Part shown: piece after piece, positions 43,101-58,100 of the stretch
How the letters are laid out: each line of letters opens with the position of its first letter
How positions within the stretch are numbered: the first letter of the stretch is position 1
Source of the DNA: Diadema antillarum
Lineage: Eukaryota
Assembly (NCBI RefSeq): GCF_040938485.1
Contig: NW_027271313.1
Coordinates: forward strand, 930,001-994,000
Direction of reading: 5' to 3'
DNA: 64,000 bases
The notes under the pieces: generated by a model
Databases searched by the model: none
What the model was told of the DNA's origin: nothing
What the model saw: only the letters and a program-made list of their open reading frames with translations
Translations under genes and position numbers: made by a program

Positions 43101-46100
43101 TTTGGTGATTAACTGGATTGTAGCCAAGTACCTGTGTCAAGTTAAACTTGGTTATTAGAGTAATGATATACTCTGCGTCTCTGAATAAAAATCAAAACAT
43201 CTACCAAAACATCACCGGGGTATGACTGGGATACCAACCTGCTTTGATGTGGGCCAGAGCGTGTATGAGAACCAGCATGAACTCTCCCACACTGCTCAGC
43301 CTCTCCTGCCTCACGTAGAGGACGCGGTTGAGGTCGTCGTAGTGGAACGAGTTCCGGTACGCGTTGCGCACCAGTTTCTCGTTCACGGGGATCTTTTTGG
43401 CGACGAGGAGCGAGACAGGGTCATGGCCGCAGTGGGTGGCCACCAGCCGCACCACGAAGCAGCCGAAGCGGTATGCCACAAAGCTGCGAGGACTCAGCGT
43501 GTTCAGGTCTACAGGTACGAGCTTGTCATCCTTGGTCCACTCAGCATCGCTCTTGTCCAGGAAGATTTCTGGGTAAACGGAGAGGAAAGGAACATTGTAG
43601 AGTGTTTTGTGAGGATCACATTATCACTGACACTGCAGCCTCATAGTTAACTCAGCAACATTGTAAGACCACAACCAGCACAGAGACATTTGTGAATGAC
43701 ATGCATCTTAATAGCCAAAAATGATTTGCTAAATCTGGGAGGCTTTTATAATTCATTATCACGACAGGCTGATGATGACCCCAAAGAAATAATGTTTCTG
43801 AAGGTCTCTGTACCGTGGAATCATTGATTGAAGACTTTGCAAGTCTGATATCTTTTGCAAATTAATTCTAAGGGTGCATTCGAGCACTCCTAAAGTGCAC
43901 CATTAATACCACACCTGGCCAGAGGAGCACTCAAATGTTCTCAAAGTGTACTGTACCATATCATACAGAGCCGAACTGGACCACCTCTCCATGTGCTCCA
44001 AAAGTGTACCATACTGTACCAGAAGCTGGCATGAGAAGAATGCGCATAACATCCACAACATCGTAATACAGTACAAAGAGTTCATTTTCTTTGTTAGGGA
44101 CACCTGTATGTAGCGTAGGCATGTAAGGTGAATGTGCTGGTTGCTACAAAATGTATGACCCCTCTAACTGGAGTCCAAAAACAGCACATGAGGTACACTT
44201 TCTCCACAGAGCACTGAAATGCTCCCAAAAGCATGGTATGATACATTACAGTATAGTTTGGTTTGGTTTGGTTCGTTTTTATGCACTCAAATGTGGTTAT
44301 GGATTCCATTCAAGCTGTCAAACGTCTCTCACCTTCCCCTCGCTTGCGTTGGGGCAGGGTGCCATCCTGCATAGTGCGTTTGATCTCCTCCAGCTTGCGG
44401 TAGAGCGGAGACGCCATTAGCAGGTTGGCCAGGTCCTTGTCACTGAGGGCAGCAGCCATGGCATAGTCCGCTGGGAAGGCTTGGCTCTGCTGAGCTGGGG
44501 CATCTGACAGGAGGTACTCCGACTCCACACTGTTTCGCAGCAAGATGACCTGGTACATGGCACAGAGCAAACATGAAACAAATGTCAAACAAGCAAATGG
44601 GAAATTTACCTATGAGAGGAGAAAGAGAGTCACTTTTATGAGCCGATAAATGAAGGAAGATGGCAGATTTTACCAGATATCACAAGACATTGATTGATCT
44701 TGATTCTTACTCTATGAAAATCAACGGAACAGTTTAAGAGGCATGCGATGTACTGCTGGAAATGGCTGTCTCTTATGAGATATATCTTGAGTACCATTGA
44801 TTAGTTTGTAAAGAAAGTGTTGCATAATTTTAATTTTTCCTACGGTAAACAGGATATCAATTTTTTCTTTTCCCAAAAATACTACATCAGTCAGAACTGC
44901 TCTGAATCCCAGCGAAAGGTCTGGAAGTCTAAACAATTACTTGCCATAATCCGTCACTATAGAACAATTGCACTCTGATATCCTTGCAGCTTACTGCCTA
45001 TAACACCAACTATGGTGGAATTCAAATACTTGTCTACATTCCACCAAGTATGGTGGAATTAAAATACTTGTCTACATTCCACAAACTATGGTGGAAATAA
45101 AATACTTCCATACATCATACAAAAAATCTGCCACCTACAAAGTAGTAAATATATAGTCATTGGGCTAGATGGGCATCCAAGTAATCATCATCCATTACTC
45201 ACCTCCTCAGCCTTCATCCTCTCCTCCTCAGACTTGAGCTCCTCTTCCTTCTCCCGGATGTTCTCCTCCGCTGTAGCCTGCACCTGCTCAGTCTTGGCCT
45301 TGCGCCTCTCCTCCTTGCGCTTGCGGATGCGCTCCTGGAATTGAGATGCGCAAATAGAAAATGGAATATTACAGTAAATCAGAGAATAGATAAAGAGTGG
45401 CTTCCTTCACCAACCTTAAGACTTCTTTCACTGAATTGCTCACAAACAGTCAATCTGTTTTGATGACCAAGGAATGAGACATGACCACTGAAAAAATTTA
45501 CATTGACTTATACCTTTGTCTGAAGACCACATATGTCTATAAAGATTGCCACAATGGATTCCCTTTGGAACTATCTAACTGTGTTTGCAGTGTCAGTTTA
45601 TCCCATCTCTCATAAGTGGTGGCAAATAAAACATATATAGCATTCTAATAATGCACGACTATCACACCTCAGGTTTATTACACAAATGGCTAACACTGGC
45701 CATATACTCTAGTTACAACATAAAACACACATGCTACATTACCTTTAACCTGAGTAACACTCATACAACTCAAACTGAGCAAAGCAGTACAGTGCGCTCC
45801 TGTTATAATGAACACGGTTATAACAAAATTCTGGTTACAACGAAACAAAAATTCAGGCTGCAACATTATCTGTCCTTTGTTTTTTATTGTCTACATGTAT
45901 TTGTTCGGTTGTAACGAAATTTCAATATAAACAAGAAAACTGCCGGTCCCGAGGACTTTGTTATAACGGGAGTCCACTGTACCACAAAAAACGCAACCCA
46001 AAAGATGTCTCCTCCTCCCCCTTCTCCTCCCCCTCCTCCTCCTCCCATCTCACCTCCAGTTCACTCTGCATCCTCATCCTGTCTGCATCCATCTGGTTCT

Positions 46101-49100
46101 GCACCTTGGCCATGTCCTTCTCAAACTCAGCTATCAGTTTCTCCTGGTCCTCTTTGCTGGCTCCTTGATCTCTCAGTGCTGCCAGTTTCTCCTGCACAGT
46201 GGGTGAGCACAGAAGTTCACATGATTTGATTGACATCATGGATAATGTTTATGTATTTCCTCCTTTACTTACTCTTTCTCCTTGTCCTTCTGTCTTTCTC
46301 TATTATACCTCTTATCCTATATCCTCCTATCTATCTATCTAACTATCCTCTTATACCTTTTTCCCCTTCTTCTGCCTCTACTACTACTGCTATCACTACT
46401 ACTACGACTGCTGCTGCTACACCACTACTTCTGCTGCTTCTTCTACTACTACTACCACCACTTTAATCACTACTGCTACCTCTACAACCCCCACTACCAC
46501 AACTAAGCGTAACTGCTTTTGTTACAACTAGTACTACTAACTACTATTAACTACATTCTGCTACTACTTCTATTACTACTACTACTACTATAAATGTATG
46601 TATACCTACAATCATAATGGCTACTAAAACTGACAGCTACAATTTGAGCTAGTGTGCTTCACCTTAAAGCTAAAACATACTGTAGTTCTGAGAAATTCAT
46701 CTTTATATATTTGGACTTTGCTTGCAAAACATCAAAAGGGTCTACAAAGAAACTTACTTGGCTGACTCCATTCACCAAATCAAATCAAAAGTGTAAATCA
46801 ATCAAAAGTGTAGAATAATTTTGATCATAGTACACAACTTCTATTTCGGAATAGACCTCCCCATTCAGCATTGTGGGACTGTAGAATGTTACATGAAAAT
46901 CGATGGTGTGCTTGCAATCATATTTTCCAACAAGCTACGAGCAATTCGCTCTAGTGCAGAATATCGCTGTGGCCCGATTTGTCAACCATCAATGATCAAT
47001 CATGAAAAATTACGCAGCAACCACAATTGGGTTAGTTCAGAGACATTTTTCATGCATACATGTATGTTTTGGAGCAAAAATTGCCAGTTCTGCAGGCATA
47101 CAAGAACTACGTTTTGACTTTGAACTGTGCACACTACACATTTAAGAACACACAGCATGTGTTACAACCACATGCGTGTTGACAGAATGCTGGCTGCATG
47201 TTACAGTCAACCTAAAGAAAGGTCAGAGTTCAGAGTCTTCATTGAATGTGCTTCCATCACATCCTCCTTCACTCGTCTCTCACCTCTTGTTTCTTCTTCT
47301 TATCCTTGATCATGTCCTCTCTCCTCTTATTGAGGGCAGTGATCCTCTTGTCATTCTTCTCTCTGTCCTTCTTCTCCTCCTCCATCAGTTTGCGTTCGTA
47401 GTCCGCCAACTCCTTCTCCATCTTCTTCTTTTCTTCACCTTCAAAGTCTGTGGAAAAAAACAACAACACACACACACACACACAAAAAAAAAAAATTAAG
47501 TGCAAACATGAAAAGCAATCCTTTTATTGGTCACTACATTGAAGCATAGCTAGAATTGTAATAAAGTGTTCATCTTAGATGCAACAAATTGATAAAAAAC
47601 AGCAAACTCCGAATTCTGCTTTAAGTCGAGCCGATAAAGTGCTAATTGCCCGGGCAGGCAAAACATAGACTGTAATCTTGCTGATTTTACGAGTCGCGTA
47701 GTTCAAGTGATCAGGGCCCCGTTTCATAAAACTTGGTATCAGTGACAAGTTGTGATAGTTGTTACAAGCTACTGACATCCTTGCATCTGATAGGCTGAGG
47801 GCAAATTTGTCATAGAAACGTGGCAGTTGTCACTTATTAACAAGTATTATGAAACGAGGTCCTGATCTCATGTCAAAATGATCGTGCTTGTTAGAAAAAT
47901 GTCTGGCTGATCAGTTCTTGTACTTGAACAAACTGCAAACATACAGACAAATATCACTGCATTCCACTGCAGTACACGACATAACAAAATGACTATTAGC
48001 CCTTTTCTTTGTCACTTTTCTTTACTTTGATCTTTCACCCTCATCCCCACTAGACTTGGGTACTGCGGGTCATCAGTTCAGCACTACAGAGGAATCTGTG
48101 TTCATAGAGCTCTGGGTATTTCTTGATACCATCCTGCACAAATGAATGGTACTCACCATTTGGTGAGTAGGAATCCAACACTACACGATAACACCTGACA
48201 CCACATATAACAACACCACGATGAGGTAATAAGGGGTTGCAGTGTGTATCTTTTTGGGGGGTGTTTGTGTATCAAGCCAATTCTTCCTATATCAATTTTC
48301 TACCCTGCTGGAGGACAAATTCTAATGGTAAACTGATACTGTAAAGGATGAATACAAGAAGGAGACTTTGTTCGTACCTTCTCTCTCCTTCTTCAGTCTC
48401 TCCTCATTGGCCAGCCGCTCCTTCTCAAGTTTCTGTCTGACCTCCTCCAGCTCTTGGGCTGCCTTGGCTGCCTGCTCAGCATTCACCACCTGGTTGGCAT
48501 CCTGCTCTGAGCTCAGCTCACGCAGGGCATCGGCATACTCCTACACAAACACCAGATGGGAAACACAAAAGTGTAACCAGGTTTTGATATAACATAGTTA
48601 ATGACAGATATCAAAGATCAATGACATCCTTCTACACAGATACTAGATGGAAAACAGTGTAGGTTTCAAATATCAGATATCTTAATGATATATACCACAG
48701 ATCAATGACATCCATTGTACCCCTACACCAACACCACACACAGTACACAGTGTGTAGATTTTATTCAGTATTTGATAACAGATACTATAAGAGCAACAAC
48801 ATAGTACTATTACACAGACACTAAACACATAACCCAGAAGCTATGTATTAAATTACAATCAGTTAATCACAAACACCATAGGGAGTTTTCTCATGGCAAT
48901 AGCACACTCAATCTGGACCTATTGGTTTACTTCTTGGGAAACTTCAAACAACAATTCAACATGAAATAAGAGCACCAGCTAACTGTTCATTTGAAACTTT
49001 TGACAGCTGCCACAAGCTTATCCGTGGGCAATATGGCAAAATTTGGTCGACATGGTGGAGCCTGCTCTCAGATTAAGATGTCTGGTTAGGGATATATTAG

Positions 49101-52100
49101 CCCACTGAGGATGGGCGAATTTGCTACAATATGCATTTCCCATAGACACTTGCCCGAGTATACTCGGGATTTGTCCTCAACAGGTTAAGGGCAGGAAAGG
49201 ATCCATACCATGATATGCTTCTGGGCAATTCCGCGGTTAGTAACGTTACATTTGAACAAATTTAGATATTTGTTTTTACTACTAAATTACCATTTATTCA
49301 TTTCAAGCCAAAATTATGTCAAAAACATGTTCATCATTCCCAGGTTTATGATACAGAAAAGAATGAATACAATCCAAGAAATAATAGCATTGCTATGGCA
49401 ACTTAAAGGGCTGGTTAGTAACGTTACGAAAAAAGGACATGACAAAAAAATCAATGTCTTGTAACAAAAACTGTGCAAAAATTCAAGTTACTTCAAACAA
49501 AGTGTTGCATTAATTTCAATTATTGCATCATGACAAATGTTCACACAATGTTTTTTAGCAGTTCGACCACTAATTTCTTAGCAAGACCCCCAAAAGCATG
49601 GTTAGTAACGTTACGGTTAGTAACGTTACATTTGTCCGGAGTAATTCCGCAGGTCATTTCACCCTTTTGTAATTGACAAAATGTCACATGAGTTCTGGAG
49701 TATTTAAATGTATTTATCTTTTACCCTTTAGCAAAACTTTGAGGAAAAAATTTCAAAGGAACCCACTGTAATGTGCATTTAAGTGAATTTCAGCATCCCC
49801 AGTCCCACATGTACATTTTAAATGATGGTTTTAGATCTCGCGAAATCAATCAATACGAAAGATAAAATCTACTGAATTTGAAAGACCTTAATGATTGGTG
49901 AACATCCATGGCATTAGTTGATACCTAGATTAAAGAGTAAGATAAAGAGGCACATTTCTTTTATCCATGTCATGTCCACCTAACTGCGGAATTGCCCTTC
50001 TACACAAGCTCTGATTTAAAACATACCTGGTAGTGTCTCTCCTTCAGCTCAAGCTTGGCGCGTGCATAGCGCAGCTCCCAGTCACTGAGGGCGCCCTTCT
50101 CGATCCCCTTCTTCTCCTCGGCCAGCTCCCTCTCCAGTTTGTTGAGTTCGATCTGCTGCTTGTTGAGCAGAGCCGCCCTGCGCTGCTGGCGCTGTTCGGC
50201 CGTCAGGTCTTCCTTGGCGAGGTCTGCCAGCTCCTTCTCGTGGCGCTGCAGCATCGAGTCGCGGCGGGCATTGTACTTGTCATGCAGCTTGGCCAGGGCG
50301 CCCTCTACGGCCACCTGCCGCTCGGCGGCAAACTGGGCGTCGAGGTCTCTGGCTTCTTGGGCTTGTCGCTTGGCGAGTACCTGAGTACAGATTTCAATAG
50401 TTTGCTGGGTCAACTAGAACCAGTTGAAGCTCACAGTAGTATGATAATCATGAATGAGCACTAAGTATATAAATACATTGAATACATACCATGTCCACTA
50501 CACTGCATAGCATATTTCCTTATCTGATTACCACCAATTTCCCATTCCTACAGTTATGCAGCTATGGAACAGTCTATTGCAAACACGTCTACAGACTGTA
50601 CACAGAACAAGATTAAACATAGTGACAATATAAATACACATAGATTACAATGCATCTTCATTCTAGTATTCCAAAGGCTTTATCATATTTTTAAGGGCAA
50701 TCATCTGTCCCTCCTTCAAAATGTTACCCAACACCATCATAATCATCACCATCATCACCCATCATCATCATCATCATCATCATCCTTCCTATAATAATCA
50801 CCATTATCATCACCATCACCATTATCATCACTATCATCATCACCATTATTATCCCCATAATTATCACCATTAACATCGTCACTGTCACCGCCATCATCAC
50901 TACCATCATCATTACCATCATCACTATCACCATCATCAAACCATCACTGCCGACATCATTATCATCCCCATCATCATCAGCATCATTATCATCACTATTT
51001 CCATCATCATCGTCACCAACATTACCATCACTCCCTCATCACTGCCATCAAGTCCTGCACTCACCTCCTTGATGACTTTGTCAGTGTTCTGACTGCCAGC
51101 CTGCTGGATGCCCTCCACCATCTCCTTGCGCTCGGCCTCCTTCACCACTTTGCCGTGGACCTCCCTCAGCTCCTTCTTCTGCTCGATGGACTCCTTGGCC
51201 AGCTCCAGGCCCTGCTTCCTCTTCTGGTCCTCCAGGAGACGCTTCTTGCGCTCTGCCAGCCGGTCCCGCAGCGACAGCTGCTGGCGGGTGCGCTCGCTCT
51301 CCAGCCGGTCCTCGATGTCCTCCAGCTCACGGGCGTGTGTCAGTAGGAGCTGGGGTGCAAGAATGTGGGACAGCAGGTTGGGTTTTGTGATATTCTTGCA
51401 CTATGCATATTAAATTCATCTCACATAGATTTTGATGTTCAACAGGATAAAAAAATGTGTGGCTCTATTACACACCACTTGTGAATGATAATGTGTTCAT
51501 ACTTCCCTTTGCAAAGAAAGAGGAACTCAATGACTGTTGTCTCATACGATTCCAAAAACAGTTTATATCATGATGTAAAATGTGTCAAACACATTTGTGA
51601 TGGGTATCCTAAACCAAAGATATATGTAGCTGGACTCTGTGTGGGCTTGCTGAAGAAGTGATATGATATGAATTATTACCTAAATAAGACATTTTAGTGG
51701 TGCATTACAACCATGTGTACTCTTGCTACATAAATGGACTCATATGACACGTGTGAAAACTCTTACTATAAGTGCAAGTCACAACTTAGTGCAGTCTACT
51801 TCAAATTCTAGTCACTGTTTTTTACAGCTCCTTATCCCTTCTCTAAATAATGATGTAACATAGATAATGATATTACGCTGGATGGCCCTATTTCGTGGAC
51901 TACTTGGGAATACTGCACTCATTAGGGTCAATACTCCCTGGTATTCCATTCATTGCCATCTCCAACATGTGCAATATTGCCCTGAGCTTGTGCAATATTC
52001 CCTGGTATCTTGTTCGCTGCCGTGCAATATAATATCAATATTTTCTCACCTGCTTCATCTCCTCCTCGGAGAGATCCTGCCTGGCGGCCAGCTCAGCGGC

Positions 52101-55100
52101 GTGCTTGTTCCTGGTCTCGGAGAGCACCTTGGACTTCTCCCGCTCCAGCCGCCGGACCTCGCCCTCCTCCTTGGTCTTGGCGTCCTCCGCCACCTTCTTG
52201 GCTAGGTCTTCCTTCTCCTCTTGGTGGCGCTGTTTCATCTCCTCCTGCACTCGCTGGTGCTCTCTCACCACAGCCTAGGGGTCAAGAGGTCATGGCATGC
52301 TTTATTAGCTCCATTCAACACACAGCCTAGTCGGGGATTTTCCACTCATGGACTAGAAACAAGTTTAAAACTAGTGCCTTATATATGAATGAAGGAATGC
52401 GCCTTCTTTCTCACTATGAGACAGGATGATGTTATACTCTTGATTTGGGCTGAAGTTACACTCAAATGGAAAAACATTGTTTACATGTTTTCTGAGACTC
52501 CCAAAAGACACCAATCATCAAATATGCATGTCGGACTAACGACAATGTTAACCCGCTGAGGACGAGCTGATTTTGCTACACAACGCATTTCCCATAGACA
52601 CTTGCCAGAGTATACTCTGAACTGGTCTTAACAGGTTAACATACAAGGTAGGGTCATGGTGACAGGTCAGACAAGAAGTCCACTGCATTTAGGACAGATT
52701 CTGTAAAATATCCCTTTGACTTGAAGCAAATTTTGGTAACTGTTATTGCTCAGTTTAATGCTGTGCAATGGAAGCAAATTCAATGTTTGATTACCAAAAA
52801 GAGATGCATGGTCATGTTTCGTGGTATTCTATAATTGTTCCATACCTTCATCAGTGGGTATATTCACAACAGCTTGGGTGTTCTGATGAGTCAAACAGAG
52901 ACAATAAAAACGAAAGACTGCCATAAGTGTACACACCTGTTCTTCCATGGAGAGTTCAGCCATGTTGATGGGCGTGTCCTCGGCCACACCCATGATGCTG
53001 AAACCGCCTGCATCGCCTGGCTCCTTGCCGACGGATTTCTCCTGCTCCTTCAGGATGCGCTGCGCGGCTGCCTCCTCAGCCACGCGCTGCATGTCCTGCT
53101 TGCGCTTGTTGCGGCGTGCGGCCAGCTTGGCATTCATGTTGGAGGACTGCTGGTCACGCTGGACGCTCAGCTCATAGTCGATGTTCTCGTTGTCTCGCCG
53201 CAGCTGACCCATGAGACGCTGCCGGGTGACCTGGTCCAAGTCGTTGGACTCAGACAACTAACAAAACAAAAGAGACAATTCATAAGATCTAATTTCTATT
53301 CTCACTCTACTTCATCATAATCACTGTTAAACATCATTACCACCATCACCGATGTCAACATCATCTCCGGGTAGTGTCGCTGCCTGGAAAGCAGTAGATG
53401 ACAGGTTTGAGTTCCATGGTTCCTTTTTCAAACATGTCTGTTAAATTACAGATCAGCAATGCAATCTTACAAATTTCATTTGTAGAGGGAGACAAATTCA
53501 CACCTCAACATTATCTTCGTTGTCATTATCGATTCTATCACCATAATCATGATCACTTTTATTGTTATGTAATTTGATTATGAAGCACAACACACAATAT
53601 GGCTCCACATAAAGTGGCCCCACCCAGTGTCGCCATGGCTACAGGATGCCCACCTTCTCCAGGAGTTCCCTGTGTCCCTCCTTGAGCTCCCGGGCCATCT
53701 CATTACCCATCTCCTTCTCAATGGCCTGGGCCAGACCATTCTCCTCTGCATCCAGCCACTTTTCCATGGCCTCCATCCTCTTCTGATGCCTCAGCTCAAT
53801 CTCCTCTGCTTCCTCACTGGAGTTTGCCTGAAGGGATAGAGGGCAGAGGATTTTGGGAGCAATAAGTTTGACAGTTGGCAAAATAAATCTCACAAAAACA
53901 CAAACACAGGACTGATAATGTGCATGGGTGCCAAAATATATTGCAGTGATTACAATGCAAGGTTGCTGAACATTGTGCACATCCTTAATTCTACTGGAAC
54001 AGTTGAGTAGATGCTGCTGCTACTGTCTGGATTATATTTCACCTGTGGGCATTGCCGCTGCTTTAGGAATAATGATCAGGGTCAAGAGGAAGCAACTTTA
54101 ACTCTTTCATGAGTATCAGAACTTTTTTGGTATGGTATGCAAGGTCTTTTTTTTTCTTGAGGGAAAACATGAATGCAATTCACCTAAGGTGGTATTTCTG
54201 TTTCATCACTATCATCATCACTATCANNNNNNNNNNNNNNNNNNNNNNNNNNNNNNNNNNNNNNNNNNNNNNNNNNNNNNNNNNNNNNNNNNNNNNNNNN
54301 NNNNNNNNNNNNNNNNNNNNNNNNNNNNNNNNNNNNNNNNNNNNNNNNNNNNNNNNNNNNNNNNNCATTGCTATCACTGTCACCATCACCATCATCATCA
54401 CCATCACCACCCCCACCAACATCACTACCCCCATCAACATCACTACCATCACAACCACCATCACCATCATCACCATCACTGCCACCACTACACATATTAT
54501 CATTACCATCACCATCACTATCTAGATCATTGAGAACATCTACAACATCCCCACCACTATCAAATCGCGCTTAAGATCACATTCTCCAACAGTATCATCA
54601 CTATCTCCACCACCATTTCGGACCAACCTTCTCCAATTCCTTGTCGTGCTTTTCCTGGAGTTTCTTCATCTTCTTGCGCCTCTTCTCTGCCATCTTGTTC
54701 TTCATGTTCTTGCTGAGGTCTGACTTCCTCTTGTCAATCTTGCGAGCCAGTCTATCCTCCATGTCAGTCAGCTCTCCCTTCAACTCACTGACGTCGGACT
54801 CGGAGATGGTGCCATTGTCTCCAAGACTTGTCTGCAGAACCAGAGACAGATAAATACTCATGGTTAACAAGTTAGCTGATACAGTACATACAGTCAGACC
54901 TCTGATATCCGGACATGTCGGGACCGGCACTCATCCGGATAAGTGATTTGCCCAGATATAGGAGACTGAATGTTAAAGCAGCTGCGTACCCAATGGTACA
55001 CGTACACGTACACTGTACATGTACATTTAGCCTATTGCAGGTAGCGTCGTACACTGCGATGATTTGGGGGTAGTGGATGTGAGAATGTATATTATTTAGA

Positions 55101-58100
55101 TGAAAGTGTGATGTAAATGTATGTTGATTATGGTGGGAATAATATAGGAATTTAGTGTGAGTTTGAAGTCCCCCTTTCCCCTTTCCCCTTTCAAACTCAT
55201 GAAATCATCATCATAAGATAAAAACATAATACTCAAATGACAGCTCTACTCATATTCAAAATATGTACAATAAAAAGAAAATTAAAAAAGAGTTCACAAT
55301 TTTTAAATAAAAAGTATACATTTCCTCAAGTTGTTACTGACATATGACAAGAGTAATATTGCTTGCCCTGCTTTCTAAAAGTGGTACAGACGTGCTCTCT
55401 CATTTTGCGAGAAATATTTCGTTCCTTTCACTGTAGAGTAATTTACCAATATGCTGCATTCACTCAATCCACACATATATTTGGGTGAACTAGTCCTTTA
55501 AATTGAACTTAGGATTGATCTCAGTGAAAGAGCCCCAGGTCCTCTTAGTCTCCTCACCAGTGTGTTGTTCATGTTGTCTGACATCATCCTTTGCTGTTCC
55601 TGGGCCAGATTCCGGTTTTGCTTGGCCATGTCCTTGGACCTGGCTGCCGCCTCCTCTGCAGACAGCATGTCCAGGTCCAGGCCCTGGTCCTGCAGGATGC
55701 CCTCTGGGTCTGTCTCACCAATGTCCTCAAGTTTCAGTCCCATCTCCTCAGCCTGATGTGGTGGCAATGGAATATGCAGGAAAGTAAAAATGTTTGCAGA
55801 CAGAAAAATTTTCAGACAATACAAGATTGTTTTTACTATTATATGCAGACATCATGGCACTCTGCAAGTTGTATTTACATTATTTGCAAGTCATACATCT
55901 CAGAACACTGCACACTCACGCAAATACAGTCAAACCTGCCTTAGCGGCCACCTGTCTATGGTGGCCACCAGCCGGATATAGCCACTAAATACAATTCTCT
56001 CAGAGAGTTAACCCATGTTTACGACCCTGTCTACAGTGGCCACCTGTCTATAACAGCCACTTTTATCACTTCCCTTGGGCGGCCGCTACGGACAGGTTTG
56101 ATTGTAGGTGAGTACCATAACTTAGTACCTACACCGTAACTATATCATATTCGTTGATTTCACCCAGGAAAATATATACAATCCCCTTACAAACATAATA
56201 AATGATCGCATTCTAAATTCTTGACAAGAAACCATTACGACATTCAACATAATACACATGTAATATGATCGAGGAAACGTCATCAAACTTGCTCACCTCT
56301 GCTTTGTGCTGTTTGCGAAGGGCGCCCTCTCTGTCCCGTCTCTTCTGGGCCAGGCGGCGGGTCAAGTCCTGCATCTGGTTGTTCTTCTGCTTGTCCAGTT
56401 TGTCCAGGGCGTCGGCCATCCTCAGCTCGTGGTCAGCCAGGATTTCACTGACCTCCTCCTTGGACGTAGCCTGGTCCAGTTGGGCCTGGAGGTCTTCGGA
56501 CAGCTGTCTGGTCAAGGTGTTCCGTTTGCTCTCCTGCAACAAATATAGCCACCATAAGTTAATAGGGCATGGTAATATTTTGCAAGGAAACCATGGCAAA
56601 ATACATCCAAATGTTTAAATGACACTTTTTCTTTCTCTTGTTTTCTCACTATTACCTTTTCTTGTCTCCTTGACCAGTAGACGGAAAACATAAAGATGAA
56701 CTGGCAACTGCAAATCATCATCGTGTTCCTAATGAAGAACCATTTTTTTGGTAGCAGAAATCATGAATACAGCTTGATTATGGAAGCTCTTCCACTCTTT
56801 TCATTAACATGAACTTTCAGCCACAGCTGTTTGTTTCTTTCATTGTACTTTGCCATTAATCTTTTCTTTTTGGCAAAGAAAATACAGAATGTTAATTGTT
56901 AGAATCCTCTTAAACAATAACAACAACAACAACAACAACAACAACACCAACACCAACAACCCAACCAACCAATCTTGCCTTACCTAAAACAATTAAGACA
57001 GCTTGATAACTAAGTTTCTTTTGCTTCTTTCATGTACTCAGGAGTAACAGATTGACCTCATGGAAATCAAATCTACACTTTTAACTGCAATCTAGGAATC
57101 ATACGAAAGACATGGCAACATTAAAAGATTAAGTTTTTGTGAGTACAGTAGAAATTGAGCGACTCACATAATCTGAGAGGAGTTTCTCCATCTCATTCTC
57201 TGCCTCCTCTCTCAGCTCCTTGTCCAGGCTGATGCGCTCTGCCTTCTGCCTGGCCAGGAGTTTGTCCACGGCCGCACCCTTCCCAGAGACCACGCCTCCT
57301 GCAGCGGCCCCGCCCGGGGCGAGACCCGCCTGCTGAAGCATCTCCTGGCTGATGGGGATCTTACCGCTGTTGAGTTTCTCCAGCAGGAGCTGTAGAGCCT
57401 CCATCAGCTCCTGCTCCCTCCTTGAGGATCCTGTTAGGGGGGAGGGAGATTTGACCTTTGACTCCACATGCATGCATTTAACTATTCTTTCTAAGTTTTC
57501 ACAATACTGAGAGGGGATACTGGCATGACTCATATTATACAAGCTATTTGTTTAACAGCCTGTTGAAAAATAGTACAATACATAACTTCTGAATATAGGA
57601 CAAAAGCAAAATATTTAAAAATGGGGATTCTACAGTAAGTGCACTAAAATCATATCTTTGTAGACTTCCTGTGGACTTCCTGAAAGGTAGACTCGAGTAA
57701 ATATCTCCCAAATAGTATGACATATTAAGATAATAGGACCAAATGACAGCAAAGTATAAAAAGAATATTGCTTGCATCAAAGATTTTCAAAACATTGCCC
57801 ATTATTTGACATCATACTTGGTATATTTCACTTTGTCTGCACAACAAATGCCTTTCAGCAGCAAAATATTTTAGAATCAAAGGGGATGGAGGGGTCACCT
57901 GCAATACCAGCCTCACTACAAACTGAGCAACATATCCTTACTTCATTGCAACAGAAGTAACATAAACTTTGAAATAAAGTAGAAAAAAATGCAAGGACGT
58001 CTCTGGTTTTAAAGAACCAGAACCAGACAGAAGTCACCATAGCTATGATTGCAGTGATGGAGGACACAACACAAGAGCTCTTGGGGAGTCCTACCTGAGA

